Assembly: GCF_009914755.1 (NCBI RefSeq)
Contig: NC_060942.1
Origin: the human T2T-CHM13v2.0 reference genome, Homo sapiens
Length of the DNA stretch: 64,000 bases
Direction: 5' to 3' (one strand)
Of this stretch, positions 55,426 through 64,000 are shown piece by piece (position 1 is the first letter of the stretch; each line of letters begins with the position of its first letter). A program made the position numbers and the translations under genes. A model generated the notes under the pieces. The model was not told where the DNA came from and searched no databases. It was given only the letters and a program-made list of their open reading frames with translations.

Positions 55426-55978
55426 CGAATCTCAAAAATATTATACTGAGTGAAAGAAACCAGACCCAAAGAACACAGGCTGTGTGTTTCTATTTATCTA
55501 AATGTTAAGAATAGGGAAAACAAATATATAGTGATAGAAATCAGACATTTCAAAGTGGGCAGAGGAGGAGGGGCTTGACTAGAAGGGGGTCCCAGGGAAG
55601 TGTCCATAGTTATGGAAAAGTTTGGGTGGTAGTTACATGGGCACATACAGTTGTCAAAATTCATTGAATTATATCTAAAATATGTGAATTTTATTTTATG
55701 TAAACTATATATTTATATCTATTTAACATATTTTATAGCAATCAGATGAATTCCCTATCCTGCTAAAAGTGAAAATCATTGTTTTTTTTAAATTCCAGTT
55801 TTAAAGAATTGCATATTTTCCTCTTCTTTTATTTTCTAAATTATAAATTTATGCATTTCTATTTTTTTACATTAGTTCAGCCTTATCAAAAGTTTATGTT
55901 TGCATTTTCATTTCATTAATTTCTGCTTTTATTATTTTCTATCCTACTCTTCGGAATTTGTCTTTCTAGTTCTAAATT

Positions 55979-56280
<302 letters not shown>

Positions 56281-56301
56281 TTCTATCTTCTATTTATAAA
56301 T

Positions 56302-56590
56302 TCTTTTTTTTTTTTTTTTTTAGAGGTAGGGTCTTGCTGGAGTACAGTGGTGTGATCCTGGCTTACTGCAGCCTTGGCCTCCTGGGGTCAAGTGATCCTT
56401 CCACCTCAGCCTTCTAAGTAGCTGGAAATACAGATAGTGTCACCACACCCAGCTAATTTTGTAAATGTGTTTGTAGAGACAGGGTTTCACTGTGTAGCCC
56501 AGGCTGGTTTTGAAGTCCTGGCCTCAAGCAATCCTCCCACCTCAGTCTCCCAAAGCTCTGGGATTACAAGCATGAACCACTGCACCAGGC
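56302..56590 (-). mobile_element. AluJ
   Basis: antisense dimer with AluJ diagnostics. Confidence 0.9.
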
Positions 56591-56699
56591 TTATTTCTAA
56601 ATTCTAGAGTTTGATTCTTAACTCAATAATTTTTTTATTATTTCTTCATTAAAAAAACATGTTGTTAAGTCAGAAATTGTGAACAATATGAGATATTAT

Positions 56700-57412
<713 letters not shown>

Positions 57413-57869
57413 TTAAAGAAGAAAAATAAATTAAAATTTTTTAATTAAAAAAACACTTTTGTTTTCCTTTAGATGGAAGGGAATTAGTTCCAACTAAAAG
57501 AAGACAAATAACCGCAGTTTAATACTCAAGACGTGCAAAAAGTAAAATATTTGGGGGGAAAGGAAAACATTCTCTAGCTTCATATTATATCCATTTCAGT
57601 GGTTCAGGGAACCAGAATTTTGCAGGAATAAAAGAAATCCAGGAAAGATTTATTTCTTCGTGCATGTATTTTAAGGCTATAAAATTCCCTCTATTGAATG
57701 ATTTATGTATATTTCACAAATATTCCCTTGGAATTTACATTTTCTTCTAAATATTTTCTAATATTTCTTGTGATTTCTTTTTCCTTTTTTCCCTTTTTTT
57801 TTAAATTTTTTTTGAATTATTTTATGTATGTTTCTTAGTTTCCAAACATTCTGAGGGCAGGCGCCGGCC

Positions 57870-58066
57870 ACCCTGTAAACCTGTAAAAGCATACAGGTTT
57901 ACCTGTTTCTTTGGATCTTCATTTTCTTGTGAAGGTTCCTATATCCAATGAAACTTTTATTAAACAAATTTGTGTGTTTATCTCTTGTTAATCTTTCCGT
58001 TATTAGGGAGGCCTCAGGCATAAACCTAGCAATCACTGAGAAAAAAATATTTTTTTATCCCCTACA
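57870..58066 (+). mobile_element. MER34-like LTR 3' fragment
   Basis: ttattaaacaaatttgtgtg...ctcttgttaatct...cccctaca. Confidence 0.55.
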
Positions 58067-59593
58067 GTGATAAAATATATAGATATATATAATAAAATGT
58101 GCTATGTTAAGCATTTTTATGTGTACATTTCACAGTTCAGTGGCATCCATAAGGTTTTATATCATCTGTTAGTTTCAGGCTTATACATGTACCAAATCAA
58201 CATTATTATGTTGCCTAAATCTTCTAAATTCCCATTAACTTTTTTGCTGCCTTTTCTACCCATGATTGAAAGAGGTGCAAGTTCTCTCATAATTTTGTAA
58301 TTTTTTTCTAGCAGTTTTGTAGTTTTATACCATATACTTTGACCATATACCATATACTTTGACATGATGTTGTAAGATTTATAATTATTTTATTCTCCCA
58401 GCATCTCATCTATCTTTATCTTATCAATACATAAATATCCTAATTAGCCATACACATTTTTGCCTTAAAATGTATTCCATTCTATGTGATTTTATTACGA
58501 GGATCAAGCTGAGTGGCCTAAGGACAAGGCATTTCGAGTAGATGGGACAGGATCAGATTTATTTTCCTTTCAGTGGATGGTCATGTGAAAATAGCTATAA
58601 ACCTCATGGGTGAAGAGGAAATTCTGTGGGATGAAAAACAAAGGCAAATTTGTATTTGGTTCAATTCTCTGCGGAATCACTTTGCCTTTCCTTCTCTGTG
58701 GTTGGTCAGCTTTCCTCAAAGATCCCAGCATGCTGCTACTCTGTGTGACTCTGAGTCATCCACTTTTAAGTGACCTGGGCATCTGGCACTTTAGGACACC
58801 CGATATCTTTTGCTTCTGTCTTTCATATCTGTGCTATTTTCAGCCTCAGCAGAGTTTTATATACAACTCGTTCTCTCAGGCATGACTCCCCTAAGCCAGC
58901 TAGTGCCTTGTTTTGCGTCTTGTACATGCAGGTCTGGAGTGGAAACTGTGCTCCTTCAGATGGCACATTTTATTTGAAAGCAGTTGGCATTCACTGAGAT
59001 GCACCCACACAATATTCCCAGGAAGGATGGAAAGCCCTGCTACTTGTATTTATTTTGTTTGAATTACAACAAAAACAAACTTGGATATTGAGTAACTGGG
59101 CCTTGATGGTGACAGCAATGAGAATGAATGCAAATCACTGTGAAATACCTTACACCCACATCTTGATGGCCACTTTTAAAGAACAAACTAAAAAGCTGAA
59201 CTCATACCAACATTGCCCCAATCCTTATCTGTCAAACACCTTTTGTCTATCTCACATATGAAAGAAAAAAAAAACAAACAGCTGTTTATTTCAGTCAAAT
59301 AAAATGTTACATGCTATTCCCCGTTTCAGCCTCTACCACTTTGCCCAACAAAAAGATGCCCAAGGTTTCTCTAGGGCAGTTCACAATGGCTTCTGCTTCC
59401 TTTGCCCGCCTCACTCCTATTCTCTCTTTCAAGCACGTTTCAGTAGATCACATTTTGAAGAGGTTGCTTGTGATTCTGAAAGCTGTCCAGTTCCATAAAA
59501 TATACCCTCTTCATGTCACAGGTGATGGCCACCATTTGGCTTCTTTGGATCTAATGAGATGAGTATCAACTTCTGCCCCTCCATCTGTTTCCT

Positions 59594-60481
59594 GCATCAA
59601 CCTTAAATAATAATATTCAGAAAATATAATCAAATGTAGAATTTATTGGAACACAAAGCTTAAGGACAGCCACCTGGGAAGCACAGATTCCAAAGAATAG
59701 AACTCAGTGTTCCAAAGTTTGGAGTCATTTATACAGACAAGGTCTAGGGAAGTTTAACAGAATTTCAACATCTTTCTAAGCCAGGCTTAATGCCTGGTTA
59801 CAATGATCTGATTGGTTGAGGTGGTCTTTTTCTTTTGGGAAAGGTATATTGAACATTCCACACTGAAGATGTAACAGTCATGGGACCTTTTGTACCATCT
59901 GGTCTGAGTTAGGTACAGGACAACAAAAGAGGCAGCTAATCTATAACAAAGGTCAGCCAGCCACGGTGGCTCACGCCTGTAATCCCAGCACTTTGGGAGA
60001 CCAAGGCGGTTGGATCACCTGAGGTCAGGAGTTCAAGACCAGCTTGGCCAACATGGTGAAACCCCACCTCTACTAAAAAAAAAGAAATACAAAACATTAG
60101 CTGGACGTGGTGGCGTGTGCCTATAATCCCATCGACTTGGGAGGCTGAGGCAGGAGAACTGCTTGAACCCGGAAGGGGAGGTTGCAGTGAGCCAAGATCA
60201 TGCCACTGTGCAACAGAGAGAAACTCCATCTCAAAAAACAAACAAACAAACAAACAATCTATAACAAAGGTCAGTGATTAGACGGGAAGGAGGTCTGGTC
60301 TGTGGTCTGTCCTAGTCATTTACAGAACAAGAACAATGAGGAGGAGAGCTAATCTAAATTCTAAGAAGCAGAAGTTGCAACTCCATGATTCACGCTATGT
60401 GACTCGGATGACAGTCACATCTCTCTCAAGGTTCACAGTGTTTGGGGTATTGCACAGCTTTTAATTTTATTCATTTTCACA
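59594..60481 (-). mobile_element. ERV1 (MER4-group) LTR split by an Alu
   Basis: reverse complement starts tgtgaaaatgaataaaattaaaagctg; reverse polyA signal gaatttattg. Confidence 0.65.
59955..60255 (+). mobile_element. AluSx-like
   Basis: 19-bp TSD aatctataacaaaggtcag at 59938-59956 and 60256-60274; (CAAA)n tail. Confidence 0.95.
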
Positions 60482-60708
60482 GTTGGATGTTCTTTCTTTT
60501 ATAAGAGATTTCCCCATGAATGTGGTTTCTGATTTCCCACACTACTCTACATTCCCGCAGAGTCACATCACAAACTGATCAATCTTCCTGCTCAAGTTAA
60601 TAGATTTTGGGTGAGGAGGGACATTGCTTTGGATCACTTGATTCTTCGTTTTTATTGTGGTAAAATATACATAATGTAAAACTTACCATCTTGACCATTA
60701 CTGAATGT

Positions 60709-61244
60709 TGTAGGAGACCAGAATATGGCACCTCCACACATGCCTCTTTGGCATAAGGACTATTGTGAGCTGATTATCGTGAGAAACTGCAGGTACAGGA
60801 GAAGCTCTGAAAACAGAGTACAAGTTACCCTTTGGTTAGGTAAATTTACATTTAATAAAGAGATCTCCTATCGTAGGGGTGTCTCTCTCTGTGCCAGGAA
60901 GACAGGAATGACTCTAAAGTGCAAGAGACTCTTATCAATGGAGAAAGCAAGGACTGAAATCTGCAGAACAAGCCTTGCTCTTGTTTACCATACCTTTCCC
61001 AGTCACCTCCCCATAACCAGCTTTCCTCACACACTTCTTTCTTGTTCTTAGCTGAAGATGACAGGTAAGCCTGAATTTTAAGTCACTCTGTGGGTTACTC
61101 ATTCCCTGGGTCTTCCCCACATATTCATGAAGTATACATGTTCATAAACTTCTATTTGTTTTTCCCTTGTTAATTAGTGTTTTGTTAGAGAGGCCCTAGT
61201 TGAGAACCTAAAAGGGTGGAAGGAAACATTTTCCCCCTCCTACA
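60709..61244 (+). mobile_element. MER34 solo LTR
   Basis: tgtaggagaccagaatatg ... cctcctaca; approximate TSD (a/g)tgt. Confidence 0.82.
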
Positions 61245-61500
61245 GTGTACAGTTGAGTGGTATTAAATACATTTACATTGTTGTGCAACCATCACCGCCA
61301 TCCATCTCCAGAACTACTCAGCTTGCAAAACTGAAATCCTGTACCCATGAAACACTAACTCCCCACTCAGCCCTCTCCCTAGCCTCTTGGCAACCATCAT
61401 TCTCCTCTCTGTCTCGATGAGTTATCTACTTTAGGTAAGTACCTCATATGAGTGGAATCATACAGCATTTTTCTTTTTGTGACAAGGTTAATTCACTTAA

Positions 61501-62135
61501 TGTAATAAAGGTTTTCAGGATCCACTACCCCAAAATGTGGCACCTTGACATAGTGAATTTTTTAAGCTGAGGGAATTTGAGAAACAGCATGTGCAGGAAG
61601 GTCCTTCTGGCTTTCCCCTTAAGCAGGTCATAAGACTTGCAGGCAGGAGCTGCTTTCCTAGACTTGGAGGAAAGCGGCAGTCTTAACTCCTGTGTTAGTC
61701 TGTTCTCACACTGCTACAAAGAATTACCTGAGACTGGGTAATTCATAAAGAAAATAGGTTTAATTGATTCACAGCTCCACATGGCTGGGGAGGCCTCAGG
61801 AAACTTAGAATCATGCCAGAAGGCAAAGGGGAAGCAAGCACGTCTTATCACAGCGAAGCAAAAGAGAGAGAGCGTGAAGGGGGAAGTGCCACACTTTTAA
61901 ACCATCAGATCTTGGGGAGAACTCACTCACTATCACAAGAACAGCAAGGGGGAAACCCACCCCCATGATCCAACCACCTCCCACCAGGGCCCTCCCCTGA
62001 CACATGGGACTTGCAATTCGATGTGAGATTTCGGTGGGGACACTGAGGAACCTGAATGAGTTGTTGCTGCTGTTAGAAGGCTCCCCCAGCAAGAACTCAC
62101 AACGGAAGAAGGAAAAGATATTTTACCTCCCTGCA
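61501..62135 (+). mobile_element. MER34-like LTR fragment hosting a THE1D/MSTA element
   Basis: ctaccccaaaatgtggcaccttgac...ttttaagctgagggaatttgaga. Confidence 0.6.
61691..62043 (-). mobile_element. THE1D/MSTA MaLR LTR
   Basis: tgtgttagtctgttctcacactgct...gaggcctcaggaaactta...gagatttcggtggggacac. Confidence 0.88.
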
Positions 62136-62356
62136 ATGCACTCAGGGTTCTTCCATGTGGTAGCATGTTAGAACCTCCTTTATAAGGCTGAGTAATATTC
62201 CATTGTATAGATATATCATATTTTGCTTATGCATTCATCCATTGATGGGCATAGATTATTTCTAACTTTTAGCTGTTGGATCAATTGATCCAAATAAATA
62301 TTATGTGTATATATAAATATATATGTATATATAAATATACAGTGATTATTTTTTAG

Positions 62357-62673
<317 letters not shown>

Positions 62674-62899
62674 AAATACTTGTGAAATTTTTGTGAAATG
62701 TAACTTTGCAAACTGTAGAGATGAACATACAGTGTCTTCTTTGGAACCCTTAATACTGTGAATTATTTTAGTCAGTCCTAATATTGAACCATCTTCAACT
62801 TCTTAGAATGATTAATAATTTTTATTTTTTAACAAATTATTTCTGAAAAATAAGACATTAAAGTTAAAACTTTATAATTTTATAGTTATAAAATTCACA

Positions 62900-64000
62900 T
62901 AAAAATGAGTTTTTCTATATTCTTTAAATTTATCAACTGTTAACCTCTTACTATATTCATTCCCTGCTGCTTAGAGTTATATTTACTAAACTATTAGAGA
63001 GGAAGTTGCAGGTATCATTAACCTATTCCTCTAAATGCTTCAACATCTATGTACTAAAAACCAGATTATTCTCTTACACAATCACAGGGACAATTATCAA
63101 ATTAGGAAATTGTTAATATTGACTCAATGCTATTATTTAAACGACAGTCTCCATTTAAATTTTGCCATTGTCCCCACAATGTTTTTTACAGCTTTTATTC
63201 CTCTGATCCAGGATCCAACCCAATCTGGTGCATTCAATTTAGTTGTCTTGTCCCTTTAGCCTGTTTTAATGTGGACACGTTTCTCTGGATTTATTTTTCT
63301 TTCATGACAGTGAAATTTTGAGTAATACAGGTCAATAGCTTACAGATTGCCCCTCAAATCTAGTCTTTCTGTTTCCTAATGATTAGACTCAGCTTATGCA
63401 TTTTTAGCAGGAATACGGTAGAATTGACGCTGTGTCCTTTCAGCGCATCCCACCTATCAGGAGACATCGGATGTCAGTCTATCCATTTTTGGTCATGTGA
63501 ACCTAGATACCATGATGCCTAAGAGGTTAAATTAACATTTTCTTTTTTGTAATTAATAAGTAATCTGTAGAGGTGGGCCAATACCCAAGATTACAAAGTA
63601 TCTTTTTCTTATCTAAATTTTACCCATAAATTTTAGAATCTCTTAATGATTTTTGCCTGTATCAAATATTACTATGCTGGTCGCAACATAGTATTTCAAA
63701 CTCTGTCATTTCTTTTGTATATTTATTGGTTGGCATTTTACTATAGGGAAGAGCTTTTGCCTCTTCTTAGCTCCTCCCTCTTGCTTTTCTTCCTTCCTTG
63801 CCCCGTCCTTGTGTTCCATGAACACATGAGTTCCTTTTACCACCAATGAGTTATAGTCCATTACTATCCTTATGTATTCTTTCATTGTACTGCCAGATCC
63901 ATTTCTTAATGTTTTATTTATCTGCCATCAATATTTATAAGTGATACTGATCTACAGTCTTCCTGTTGTATACTACCTTTATCTGGTTTTAGTAAAGCTT
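62900..64000 (-). mobile_element. L1MC/ME 3' region fragment
   Basis: ttcctaatgattagactcagcttatgcatttttagcaggaatac; ttttgtaattaataagtaatctgt. Confidence 0.7.

Larger units (their letters stand above)
60645..62290 (-). mobile_element. L1MB 3' end, interrupted by nested LTRs
   Basis: ttttattgtggtaaaatatacataa; gttgtgcaaccatcacc; ttataaggctgagtaatattccattg. Confidence 0.8.

Noticed and set aside
57473-57541. + strand acceptor ttttcctttag followed by GRELVPTKRRQITAV*
   Set aside because: In-frame stop and weak donor; such acceptors are common in AT-rich DNA

Overview
Repeat-dense primate genomic DNA. The Alu J/S/Y, L1PA/PB and SVA content points to human or another great ape. I find no intact protein-coding gene. 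The one confidently identifiable gene-derived feature is an old, intronless (processed) pseudogene of the Mg2+ transporter SLC41A2 (+ strand, CDS remnant ~18401-20991). It was later hit by an MLT1 element and an AluY, with further Alus in its flanks. The rest is mostly nested retroelements: many ERV1/MaLR/ERVK solo LTRs with visible TSDs, a MER4>MER11/LTR/SVA nest at 34-37.6 kb, and a same-strand L1M>L1MA>full-length L1PB nest at 37.6-55.7 kb. Most worth a second look: (i) a compact cluster of exon-like segments with strong splice signals on the - strand at 29.7-33.6 kb, a possible decayed multi-exon gene or lncRNA; (ii) + strand exon candidates that splice into an open frame; (iii) a twin-primed inverted Alu; (iv) an SVA without TSD that truncates its host LTR; (v) small fold-back templated insertions. 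Repeat subfamily names come from recalled consensus sequences, not a RepeatMasker run.
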